From: Eutreptiella sp. 'Long Island Sound 2002'
Taxonomy: Eukaryota; Protista; Euglenida
DNA length: 64,000 nt
Direction: 5' to 3'
NCBI GenBank assembly: GCA_964036045.1
Contig: OZ038378.1
Location: 15,066,001 to 15,130,000 of the forward strand
This document shows, one piece after another, positions 50,558 through 61,833 of the stretch (within the stretch, counting starts at the first letter, position 1; the number at the start of each line of letters is the position of its first letter). The translations under genes and the position numbers were made by a program. The notes beneath the pieces were generated by a model. That model was given only the letters and a program-made list of their open reading frames with translations, did no database searches and was not told the DNA's origin.

Positions 50558-52069
50558 CACGGAGAGGGGGGGGGGGGTATATCTTTGCTGAAACTGGTCC
50601 TTTGCAACAAATCTTAACATGTCTCTGTTTATCATGTGTGCTGCCACGTAGGTGGGCTCCAAACTCGATTTTCTCTGCTTTCAAGAAATTTTGTGACAAA
50701 GCGGGTTATTGGCTCCTGAGGAGTGATGCGATGAGGAGTGATTAATGGTTGTGGGTGGAATACGGTTTTCTAGGTGCATAATATCACATGCTTTGCGCAC
50801 ATCAATTCTCAAAATGCGCAGTTTTGTGATGCGATGAATGTTGCCACCACTGGGGATGGTCTTTCATGAAAGCATGCACTATGTTCAGTGCTCTTTGTAT
50901 CACCATTGGTACTGCGTACACATCTGCAGGGCCTCTTGACTTCCATTCTCCCTTGTAACCCACGCATCGTGCAAGGTGGCATACACTCTGTCTGTGTAGA
51001 ATGCCCTGTGCCCTGTGCCCTATACCCTTTGCCCTGTGCACTGTGCCAGGGCAGTGTTTTTGCACCTGGCTGGGAAATTCCTTTCAAAGCACAAAGAGGA
51101 GGAGCTGCAACTGCACCTAGGTTGCAATTGGTGAACTACGTTATCGTGGTTGAGGGGACAGCCCCTTTGTTGCATGCAATGCCACGTCCCACGGTTCGGC
51201 ACCTGTCCACAGTCGGCCAGTGTCACTGGTGGATATTAGAAAACCCTCCGAAGGGGGTGAACCCCCCCCCCCCCGGATTTTTTTTTGGTAATGTTCCCGT
51301 AGGAGAACCCCCCCCGCTCATACCCCCTTTTGGGGTGACACCCCCCCACCCCACACCGAATAACCCCCCCTCCCAAAGTGGTTAACCCCCCCCCCCCCAC
51401 CTTGGCCCGCCCCAACCACTTTAAGGCGACAAATCCAGAGCAAGTGAAAGGTGCTGTCGGGCCCAAATTGAAATTTCTCTGCACAGCTCCCATACAGGTT
51501 TCCCACGTCATTAGCTCAAAAATAGAAAATTCCAAACCACTTTTTTCAACACTGTGACAACGATCAAATCCCATGTAAAACATGGGATGGCTACATGGTA
51601 GCAGCATGAACAGAGCGGAACACAACCCTGCCGTCATCCTGCCCTTACCCCTGCCGTCTTGGCGGCCCAAATGTGGGCAGAATGGCCACATAATCCCTGC
51701 TGTGTGGGGGGTCTCCAACACTCAGCGCAGAGATAAAATCAGAAATGGCCTAAGTTTGGGCCAGATGGCTACATAACCCCTGCCTTGGTTGACAAGAGGC
51801 AATGTAGGGTTACACACCCATGGTTGTACGGTTGCCACCATGCCCCCCCCCCCCCAGGAAAACATGGGCTGGCTGTAAAATGGAACCCCCCCCCCCCCAT
51901 GCACAACCCCCCCCCAAAAAAAAACAGGGAGGGACCCCCCCCCCTCCACCTGGTCACAAAAATACCCCCCCACTATGGCACAATGAAGGGGGGGACCACA
52001 AATGACCCCCATTGCATCACAACACAATCCTTATGCCACAACCCCCCTAGTGCCTACCAAAAAAACCCC

Positions 52070-53100
52070 CGGCAGATACCAAAGAAACCCCTGAAATGTA
52101 CAAAAAAAACCCCCAAATGTACCAAAAAACCCCCCGTTTGTACCAAAAAAACCCCCCTATTGAAATTGCCGGATTAGACCCCCACAAATCCTATATGTAT
52201 CACCAAAAACACCCTTTCTACCTTGTTGTGGAACCCTGTGGCAGCCATGCGTGCACTTGGACACAAACCCACCCCCCCACCCCCCCTCACACCCTCCTCC
52301 TGCACCCCATTGCTGAAGCTTGTCCATCCTAAAACCCCATCCCAACCTTGTGTCCATGTGCACCCCCTAAACATGTCCCAAGCACCATCCCAGACCCCAT
52401 GCCCCAACAACAGCCATAAACCCGCACCCAGCCCTGTCAAACATCCCGACCCCAGACGGCAATTCACCCCCTGTACCAGTCGCCTATAAACCATGTTCCC
52501 CTGCAACACGCACCCAAAGAGCAATGTGAAGCAAAACACTGAGTGTACACTCACATTTAGTTCCATGACCTTCCATTCCCTCTCCTACCTCCATGCCTGA
52601 AATCTGCCTGAATGGACCAGCAACATGCACTACAAGCAGACCTAGACCTGGGCATACGATTTGGGGGTGGGGGGGGCGGGGCTGACAGTTCTGAGGATGC
52701 AGCTAACACCCTGCCTGGGCTCCCACACCCCACTCACTCCCCGATGGTATTAAAACAAACCCAGAAAGTGACCCGACAAAATGTACTGAAAATCCCAGAT
52801 GTGTACTTGAAACCCCCTGAATTGTAACATAAACCCCCCAGTTGCACTGCAAAACCCCCCTAATTGTACCATAAACCCCCCTTAAAATGTACCAAAAAAC
52901 CCCCCGTTTTGTACCAAAAAACCCCCCAAAATGTACAAAAAAACCCCGTCAAAGACCAAAAAACACCCCAAAATGTACCAAAAAACCCCCCGCACAACCC
53001 CCAAAATGTACCAGAAACCCCCCCCGCGGGGGATTTTCTGGTACATTTCGGGGGGCTTTTTGGTACATTTTAGCCGGGGGGCTTTTTGGTGCATTGTGCG
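52070..53100. repeat. Clusters of AAATGTACCAAAAAACCCCC-like motifs ending in an imperfect palindrome; probable TE termini
   Basis: Motif clusters at about 52080-52160 and 52780-53020; inverted copies at 53030-53097. Confidence 0.75.
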
Positions 53101-54379
53101 CCGGAACACCTTGCAAGGATGTTGTACAGCACAACATATGCTCAACGGACAACCTGCAGCCCCCAAGAAGGGTTGACGAAGAGCCACCATGGGGTTGCAC
53201 ATGCCCGACATGCCCCCCGGTGGAAACTACGGGCGAGCCCCCCCCCCTCCTTGTAATCCCCCCCCATTGTCAGGCCGGTCCCTCCCATGGAGGAGGGGGG
53301 GCGGTCATGAAATGATGGTCCCCCCCATGGAGGGTGGTGGGGGGGGATTGCACCACACAATTGTAGCACTAAACCTGCAGCAGCTCCAATGTAACCTGAA
53401 GAAAATTTTTCTTTGGCGCCTGGTATTTCCTATGCTTTTTTGTCAAAGTGACGGTCCCCCCTCTGTGGGGGGGATTGCAAGGGGGGGGGTGGTACCAGTA
53501 AAATGGTGAACCCCCCCCCCCCGGCCAGGGGGAGAGCCCCCCCCCCCCTGTCACCTGGTTAGAAACCCCCCATGGGGTTTTTTCACCTAAACCGAGGGTG
53601 TTTTTTTTCCCTCCCCTACCACCGTGTCCACGGGTTGCAGCCAGAGCACTGTTCCAAAAAGACAAACGCCCAGTAAATGCCCATTGAGATCCACATATAG
53701 GGCCTACTGGAGGCTGATAGGAGCAGGGGTTAGGTCAGCCCTGCAGTCCCTCCGCTTCCCCTGCCTGCCCTGTATTGCGACACACCTGCACAGGTCGTGG
53801 CTTGGATGTCGACTTTACTCCACTCTGGAAAATCCCCCGATCATGCTTCTGCCGTCTGGGGTCCAGAAGCCCCCTTTCCCAAGCCCCAAGTCACGTGCAA
53901 GTGTATCGATCCGTGGGATCATGAGGCCATCCGTCAGGAGGTCATGAGGTCATAGGGTCATCCGCCCCCACTGCGACTGGGGATGCATCTCCAACGGTGC
54001 CTCTTGGGGGGGTCAGCAGTCCGGTCCGGGGGGACTCGTGAACAGTGCTCACGCATGCCCCGCTGTTGGTGTCCCGGCACCCGGGATGCGCTCAGGACGA
54101 TACCTTCGTTTGGGGATAGGAAAGACAGGATTCGCGGTGAGAAAAGAGTTGGCTGGTCATCCAAAACGTTGGGTCGCCGTGCAGTTGCTCAGGCAATCAC
54201 CAGCCAGTCGCCACTGAGCTGGGGAGCCACGCACTTGGTTGGTTGGGTTCCACGGGGCGCTGGGGGTCAGACGAGCGGCAGCTGGGCACCCAGAAGCCCT
54301 AGCACCTCACACCACCACCGCCCCAGGCCATCCGGATTATACGCAATAAACAGCGCATCAAGCCGCTTCTGATCGGACG

Positions 54380-54700
54380 GGACTTTGCCCTTTTCATTGA
54401 CATGCCAACACAGGCCAACGGACTGGGGCAGGTGGCTAAGGGTTTCCAATGGTATGACCTGCAGCCAACACCAAAACGACGTGCAAGTGCCGTCCTCGAA
54501 GCCCCTAACCACTGCAAAAGCCCGGTGCCTCATTCACAAACCATCAATCAAAAAGCATTGGAACAGGGAGCCATGATGGAAGTAGAAAACATAATTGGCC
54601 AATCGGCGATTCCTCACAGAAGGTACTTTGGAAGATTGCACCGCATTTCGAAAGATGACATATGGGGGCAGTGGGGCAGTACAGTGCCGCAGCGTGAGCC
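54380..54700 (-). pseudogene. Possible decayed tyrosine-recombinase catalytic region
   Basis: SSKVPSVRNRRLANYVFYF ... GL*-GTGLLQWLGASRTALARRFG across frames resembles the K and HxLR..W-LGAS..W boxes. Confidence 0.3.
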
Positions 54701-55707
54701 GTGAGGTCCGGGGTGGGAATGGGGGGGTCAAAAGCATTGGGGGGGGGGGGGCTCTGGCTCAGATCCTGACACCTCCCCCCCCTTAACTGTTTGGGCCCTG
54801 TGGGGTGGGGGGGGGGGGGGTGGGGGTGGGGGTCCTTGGGGGGGCCCGGGGCGCCACCGGGCTGGGGTCCTGGGTACCCCAACGGAAAAACATAGAAAAA
54901 GATTCCCCTGTCACACTGATCACTTTGAACACAAATATGTGGGGGTTTTGGCAAAAACACTTTTACCCCCAGGGGGGTCTGGTCCCAGCAGCCAGGCTTG
55001 TGGGGCTGGATGGGGGAGGTCAGGGGTCAGAAAAAATTTTCCTGTTTTGGATTCCCCATGAAATTGGGAGCATTTTGAGCATACACATGGGGTAAACATG
55101 AAATTTACCCCCCACCATATGCTAAATTTTTTTTTCCTGCGGCTTTGGCGCCAACTTGGGGCCAAATGTGGTCCAGACCTCCTCAACGTTCTGGACCTTC
55201 TGAGTGTGGGGGGGTGGGGGGGTTGTTGGCATCAGGTCTGAGCCTGAGGGGCCCCCCAAGGTCAAAAATTTTCGAGTCTTTTTTGGGTGGGGGTTTGGAT
55301 TACCCGTTGAATTCTGAGCAGTTTGCATGTACAACGGGGGCGGGGGGGGGGCGTTCCCCATTCCCCTGAGTGAAAACACCATCCGATCAACGCCTGAATC
55401 GCTGACCCGGGTCGCTCCACGCCAGAAAGACTGCTCCTCCCCATTGGCGTAGGGGTGGGATCCGACCCTGCATGTAAATGCCCTCGGTGATGACACTCAC
55501 CCACGCCTTGTGTCCCTGCCCCCTGACGCTGGGCAGAGGTGCCGTGTGCCATGCCGTATGCCAGAAACAGACACCTGCTGCGGAGTGGTCAACGGTCCCG
55601 GGTCACCAACCCCCAAGCGCCAGTCCGAACATGGAAAATGGTGCAGACCCGCTCTGTGCCCGCCGACCGGGCGCCCCAGCGTCCCGTTGTGCCCGCCCCC
55701 GCGCGCC

Positions 55708-58437
55708 TCACCAGCGGTCAATGTGCTCCGGGGTCCTCCACTCCTCCCACCGCCAGTTGCGGACCCCCAGGCACTTGGGGGGCCACAGGTCCGCCCCCGA
55801 GTACGCGGGCAGGCGGCTGCACACCAAGTCACTGCGCGGGGGCTCCGTGAGTAGCAGCCGCATGTGGCGCATGAGGCCCTTGTACGTGAAGTGCGAGTCG
55901 CGGTACCTTTGGAGCGTGTCCTGCATTTTGCCGAGAGCACGCGGGTTGTCCTGGAGCGCCTTGAGCCGCATGCCCATGGCCGGCAGCTGCTTCATTGAGT
56001 ACACGAGAGCGAACGTGCTCCAGTTGAGCGTCGGGGAGTACGGCAGCCACGGCACGTCGTCGTAGACGTACAGCGGGACAGTGTGCGACTGCAGGAGCTC
56101 CACGAGACGGAACGACGTGCGCCCGTGCCCCCGCCCGGCAAACCCGAACGCGCACTCCGTCAGGCTCTTCTCGTAGTCCCCCGTGCTCCCCTCGGTCACG
56201 TTGAAGTGCGCGCGGAGGAAGTGCAGGGCCTGCGCCCGATGCCAAAACCCCGGGACCTGCCCCTTCCAGAAGACGTCCAAGGAGCGGGGGCCCCGGGGGC
56301 TGGACCACGGCAGCGACACGTGTTTGGGGGCGGCGCGTGGGGCAGGCCGCTCGCCGCGGATCAGGGGAATGGGGACGTGGCCGTAGCCGCCGGAGGAGAG
56401 GACGATGACGTTCGGGTACGTGTTCGTCAGGCGGTCATTGCCGCAGTCGTGCTGGTTCACGGTGACGTACGGGAACCGGGGGTCTACCACGAGCTCGAGC
56501 GTCTCCCAGAGGTCGGCGGAGCGGTCGTGCTGCTGCATGTAGTTCTGCCAGTTGATGAAGAGCGGGATCAGGGGCTTGAAGGCCAGCGGCGGGATGCGTT
56601 TGGCCTCGTTCATCCAGTGCTCCTCGACCCAGGGCCCGCCGTAGCCGCCGTGCTTGAACATGAAGATGTGGTTGCCCCGGAGGTAGTGTGTCAGTTTGCG
56701 GGCCCGCTCGTAGGCAATGAGGTACTCGGCGTCCGTCACGGACTCCAGAAAAGTGCGGTTCAGGTGCACGAATGACTTGCCGAGACAGTCCAGAGCGAAT
56801 TGAATGCGTTGCCGCCCAAACGGGTTCGGTTGGGGTGGCGTCGGTCGCTGGCACGCCGACGGCCTTTGGGCTGGGGCTGCCAACAGAATCGGATCGGCGA
56901 TCACTTTTTTGGTGCCGCGGGGGCAGGTCTGGCAAGCAAACTCGACATTTGTGCTGCTCCCGAACATGGCCTCGTCAAAGAAGCCGAAATGCTGCCGCGC
57001 TGCCGCCGGCGCCTCGCGCAGGGCCTTCTCGAGGGCAAGGGCCGGCCGGCGGTGCTGCGGGCTCTTGGGGTGTGCGCACATGGCGCTGGCGCTGCTGAGG
57101 ACGTCGATGGCGTGGGCTGTCGGGTGGGCGGAGTAGAGGCGGAGGGACAGAGTGTCATGCTCACAGAGGCCCGCGTGATGCCGCCGCCGCCCCCGCGACT
57201 TGTGGCGCTTCCACGTGGTTGCGACCGTGAGGTCGTGGGGGGACAGGGGGTAGAAGGGGTCGGACAGCACCGTCCAAGTGGGCTCGATCCAGTGCACTCG
57301 GAGACCCTTCTGGAGGACCCCCAGGGGCACCGCGAGGGCCGCACAGCCACGCACCACGTGGGCCTCCGGACGGTAAAACACGCGGTCACTGGCATTGGAC
57401 CCACTTCCGTCGTAGAAGAGCACATCGACGCCACGCAGGGCCCCGGTCGCTTGCAATGCGCAGTGAAAGTCGTTGACGGACGCGTTGGACTGATCCGGCG
57501 TCACGGGGACGATCGCTGCCGCAAGCGGTGCTGCCGGCGGGAGCGGGGGCGCCGGGGACGTCCCGAGGCCATCAGGCGTCGGCTTTGGGGGGCCGGGGTC
57601 GGCGGGGGAGTCGGGGGTGTAACACCCGAACATCGTCCGGTGCTCCGAGATCACCCACAGCTCGTGCACAGCGCTCGCCATTGCAGCCTCTGCCTTGTGG
57701 TGCTGCCGGGAGTCAGGGTGCTGACATGCGAAGTCGGCGCGGCGGAGGGCGTTGATGGCGTTGACCGTCGGGTGCACTGTGTAGAAGCGAAGCGATGTGA
57801 CCTTCTCGGGGCAGGGGCCCGGCGTCGGGGACCGGTGCCCCGTCCTGCGGTCCGTCGTGCTGAGGGTCAGTTCGTACGGGGAGGGGGGCCAGAAATGGCC
57901 CTGGGTGATGTTGTGTGAGGGGTCCAGCCACACGGCGGAGTACCCGGCCTCCAGGACTGCAAGGGGCACACTGATGGCCCAGCACTCCCTCGGCAGGAGA
58001 GACAGCGAGCGCTGCGGAAGAGAGAGGGGCGGGACATCGTCACTGAGATGCCCATGGCCGAAGATGTTTGCGTGTTTGAATGCCCCCAGGTCCCCCAGCC
58101 GGCGGTACAATGCCGCGGCGTCGGAGGCGGAGCGCTGGTCGCTGGGGATGACGGCAATGAGGCCAGGGCTGGTGCGCAGGGCCGTCGAGACGTTGGCGCT
58201 GAGCTGTGCAGAGTCGTCGCTGATGGCGGTGCGCAAAACGTCGAGGAGGGGCGTGCGCCGGCGCACGAAGAAGGAGAAGGTCACGAAGGAGAACAAGAGC
58301 ACAGCAAAGCCAAAGATGTATGCAACGACACCCGTACTGGCCATGAGATGGACACTCAGAAGGTGGACTGTGACAAACAACAGAGCCCATGTCTCGTCCA
58401 ATTTCGAAAGGTCGTGAAGGGCGGTGCTCCTGAGCAT
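55708..58437 (-). CDS. Intronless multidomain glycosyltransferase: N-terminal TM, two degenerate nucleotide-diphospho-sugar transferase (GT77-like) domains, C-terminal exostosin/GT47 domain
   Basis: Uninterrupted ORF (958 aa to the upstream start; ATG at 58437 more likely). GT47: PYVTVNQHD...LSSGGYGHVPIPL...FGFAGRGHGRTSFRLVELLQSHTVPLYVYDDVPWLPY...WSTF. Hydrophobic segment AYIFGFAVLLFSFVTFSFFV. Confidence 0.9.
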   Translation of the reverse strand: MLRSTALHDLSKLDETWALLFVTVHLLSVHLMASTGVVAYIFGFAVLLFSFVTFSFFVRRRTPLLDVLRTAISDDSAQLSANVSTALRTSPGLIAVIPSDQRSASDAAALYRRLGDLGAFKHANIFGHGHLSDDVPPLSLPQRSLSLLPRECWAISVPLAVLEAGYSAVWLDPSHNITQGHFWPPSPYELTLSTTDRRTGHRSPTPGPCPEKVTSLRFYTVHPTVNAINALRRADFACQHPDSRQHHKAEAAMASAVHELWVISEHRTMFGCYTPDSPADPGPPKPTPDGLGTSPAPPLPPAAPLAAAIVPVTPDQSNASVNDFHCALQATGALRGVDVLFYDGSGSNASDRVFYRPEAHVVRGCAALAVPLGVLQKGLRVHWIEPTWTVLSDPFYPLSPHDLTVATTWKRHKSRGRRRHHAGLCEHDTLSLRLYSAHPTAHAIDVLSSASAMCAHPKSPQHRRPALALEKALREAPAAARQHFGFFDEAMFGSSTNVEFACQTCPRGTKKVIADPILLAAPAQRPSACQRPTPPQPNPFGRQRIQFALDCLGKSFVHLNRTFLESVTDAEYLIAYERARKLTHYLRGNHIFMFKHGGYGGPWVEEHWMNEAKRIPPLAFKPLIPLFINWQNYMQQHDRSADLWETLELVVDPRFPYVTVNQHDCGNDRLTNTYPNVIVLSSGGYGHVPIPLIRGERPAPRAAPKHVSLPWSSPRGPRSLDVFWKGQVPGFWHRAQALHFLRAHFNVTEGSTGDYEKSLTECAFGFAGRGHGRTSFRLVELLQSHTVPLYVYDDVPWLPYSPTLNWSTFALVYSMKQLPAMGMRLKALQDNPRALGKMQDTLQRYRDSHFTYKGLMRHMRLLLTEPPRSDLVCSRLPAYSGADLWPPKCLGVRNWRWEEWRTPEHIDRW

Positions 58438-59784
58438 CGTGGAGGCCGCACGAGGGGGAGGGGGGGTGAAAAAAGGCCCCGCGAATAAGCTCCACGCCTC
58501 AGGGCCTTCGATGGTTGAGCCTGGGAGCTGGGGGGGCTTTGGAAAAGGGGCTCTGATGCCACCCCCCTGCACTCCCCCGGACAAATTTCCCCCGGCCCAA
58601 TTCCTCAGGACTAATTAAGGCATTGACCCGAGATCACTCTCGGGGACTCCCTGGACGCCATCCTTATCTGGCGAATACGGAACAGGAAATGGTCCCATAC
58701 AGACGCACAATACAATTCGCAAGCCGACCAGTCCTATCTCGAAGTACCGAGGTCTCGTGCATTGACAGGGCCGGGATGGGATCTCCCCACATATACAGTG
58801 CTTACTTTAAGCGGCTCCTTTGCGCAATATTTGCTTCTTTGCATATTACGTATCACTGTCTGCTGTTACTTGATGGTGTGACCAGAACAGCCTGATCCGT
58901 GCAGGTCAAGTGGACCACTAGTCCAGCCAATATCCACAAAGATGGAGGATCCTGCACGGCATCCTGTCGGCCTCTCCACCTTGTCTGCCTTTTGTTGTCG
59001 ATGGCACTCAGAGTGTGTCACTTTGGTGGCAATTTCTCGCGCAGGGCATCTGTTCACATTGCGACCCTCAACTCCTGCCCTCATATCCATACCCTGCCCA
59101 GGTCTCCCAGTCCCTTGCACGTGATGGCCGTCCAGTGTCGTCTTTACAGACAAGCTTCTCCCACTCATTTTGGCATGAACATAGCGGAACGCCTATTAGG
59201 ACAGGTCGACAAATGGGGACAGATTGTAGCTAGGGACACTGGGCGGGAGACCATGGCACAGAGAGGGGTAGCCACGAAGGAAACGAAACTAACAGACAAC
59301 AGCGTCGGAAATACAGTCCCCCAAATACATCAACTCCCGTTTCTAGAGAAACTACGGTCTTCCTGTGTGTGTCTTCCTTTGTGGTGTGACCCACATTTCT
59401 TTTATGAAAACATAGTAGCAGCCTGAGCGGAGGATGAAATGGTCTCTGACAATATCATAGGGATGGCCTTAGATCTTGAGGACAAAAGCACCACCAGTGT
59501 ACAATCTAATAAGAACACAATTTTTTTTGGGACTTCTGGTAATCTACAAATTCACCCGCACCTGAGGGGAGCAGAGTCATGGCAAAGCCATGGGCTGCGA
59601 TGTTTTCAACCCTTGTCCGACTTGTGGAGGGAGCTATAGCGCTTCCGGCCTGGCCACCAGCTAAACTACGGGTGCATGGTCACACTAGACGTGCAAATCT
59701 CCCCACCCACGCACTGCGGCAGGTGCTGCCCTGTAGAAAGGGGAACATGCAGCGAAAATGATTAAAAAATAAGTGAAAAGGGGT

Positions 59785-59970
59785 GAAGAAAGGCGCAAAT
59801 GGGTGAAATTGGGTGAACTTCCAAATATGCCATATCTCCAATGCAGAAGAAGCATCAAAATACCTGTCATGAGACAACAATGATGCTCCTGTTATCACAA
59901 AGTATGGGTCTCTCGTACAGTCAGGCGCCCAAACAGTTGCACTGTGTGGGCACTGCACTAAGGGCGCCCC
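59785..59970. repeat. Dispersed repeat homologous to about 11030-11212
   Basis: Shared GGTGAAA(T/C)TGGGTGA..CCAAATAT.CCATATC..AATG..GAAGCATCAAAATACC...TATCACAAAGTATGGG...CCAAA.AGTTGCACTG. Confidence 0.85.
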
Positions 59971-60552
59971 CAATAAAGGCACCTGTGGGTGGCATGTGCT
60001 TAGGCACTGTGATATACACTCTCGCTGCAACTGTGATGTGTTTATATGGCCTTGCCGTGTGGCACAGGATCGCAAAGAACATGCCATGCCAAAAAAAAAT
60101 GAACGTCGAAAAAACCAGTGCACATGCAATTGCCGCCTGGAATACCCTCCACAAAGCTCCACAAAGGGATACCCCCCACAAAGCTCTACCCCCCGCCCCC
60201 CCCTTTGTACAAGAAAGACCTCTGCACGACGGTTCCCTCAAACCCCCGAGGGAACGTACCCCAAGTGACGGTTCCCTCGCCCCCCCCTGAACCACTGAAC
60301 GACCTGAAAAAGGCCTGTTGACATGCATGCTTAGGTCCACTGAGACACATGCTCTGTGTGCCACTTTTTCTGGCAGGAGTATTCGATTTTGAAGAGCTGT
60401 ACATGCTCAACAGGGACCACCTGAACTACTGAAACACCTGAAAACTGCTGTTTGAGATGCATGTTCAGGTCTCTTGAGGCACAGGATCTGTGAATTTGGG
60501 AAAGTGAAAGTGACGGTTCCCTCGCCCCCCCGCTTACTATGCAAGGGCATTT

Positions 60553-61833
60553 CTTGTACCCTCCCCCCCCCTTTGTAATAGCTACGCCAAAGTACGGAAT
60601 TAATACGGTCCCTACGCCTACTGTAGCTATTACAAGGGCGTAGCTTGCGCAGGACACATACAACTACCGACATACACGGGAGAGAATGCATTGTATGAGT
60701 GCACCTTAACCTCCGCCCATGTTCCCAAAGGCATGCAAACACAAGAAAGTGTTTGAGACATGAAAATTCAGGTTCATACCCAAGTTCTCACAAGCTATGA
60801 AGCATGAGAAGCCTACAAATGTTCGGACTGGAAACCCTTCTTGCGATCATACACCATGCGGAACAACTGCACATGCTCACCACTTGAAGAAGCCTTTGAA
60901 GATGCCTTTGCCCGAGGTTTAGGGGCCGGTTTGGGCTCGGGCAACTTCAAATTCTTGGGAATGAAATTGCCTTGCATGTGGTCTCTTGTAAAGTACAACT
61001 TCCCATCAAAGACATGGGCCATTCCCCACACACCTCGGGCAGCCTTAGCCCAAATAACTTCATCGGGATTATCATCGGAGTCACTAGAATCATCACTTGA
61101 GGAGGAGATGTCAGAAATGGGTTCATCCTCATCAGTGTCCGTCCCCGAATCAGAATCGAAATCAGAACTTGAATCAGAATCAGAATCAGAATTCTGAAAA
61201 TAGGTCAAATCCTCAAGCTCCGACAACTTCATCCCTTTGGGGAAGTAAGCCGCACGGCATGCGGCCATAATATCATCCTCGGTGATTGCATTAAATGCCT
61301 CCAAATCCCATGTGGCGGTCTCCTCGCGCGAAGGAACGGGGACCGGCCCACGTTTCTTTTTTTTTTTTCCCCATGAAATGATCCTCCACCCATTGCGCAT
61401 AGCTCTCCTCCAATGAGGATTTGAATGCACCGTTCACCATTTGTTTATCATGTACCCCAACACCGCAAATAGGTCCCCCTTCTCCGATGGCCCCTTCATT
61501 GTGGCATCCACACGCTCACCGGTGGAACGTGTGAAAATCACTGGACACCCAGGTTGAAAAAGAGAAGATTGCATGGTGAGCTGGTGCAAGAAAGGGGGAT
61601 ATAGTACACAAATATCCCCCAAATCAGAGCTATGTGGGTTCAAGTGGGCAAACACTCACAACAAATGTGTCCATGACCCAATGTAGTTGGCAAATTTGTC
61701 ACCAAACCCATGTGTTATGCGGCTGCACTACATTTGTACCGAATTAAAATTAGGTACCAAATTAATACGGTCCCTATGCCTACTGTAGCTATTACAAGGG
61801 CGTAGCTATTACAAGGGGGGGAGGGGGTACAAG
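60553..61833. mobile_element. TIR element (~35-bp TIRs), non-autonomous, carrying a disrupted ORF
   Basis: Left CTTGTACCCTCCCCCCCCCTTTGTAATAGCTACGCC; right GGCGTAGCTATTACAAGGGGGGGAGGGGGTACAAG; direct subterminal repeat at about 60598 and 61760. TSD not identifiable. Confidence 0.8.
60813..61655 (-). pseudogene. ~280-codon ORF (beta-barrel-like module + acidic Asp/Ser tract) broken by one TGA
   Basis: ORFs 61434..61655 and 60813..61430 are in the same frame, separated only by the TGA at 61436-61434. Confidence 0.55.

Noticed and set aside
56083-57918. Long plus-strand ORFs (230 and 372 aa)
   Set aside because: Antisense shadows of the GC-rich glycosyltransferase CDS.
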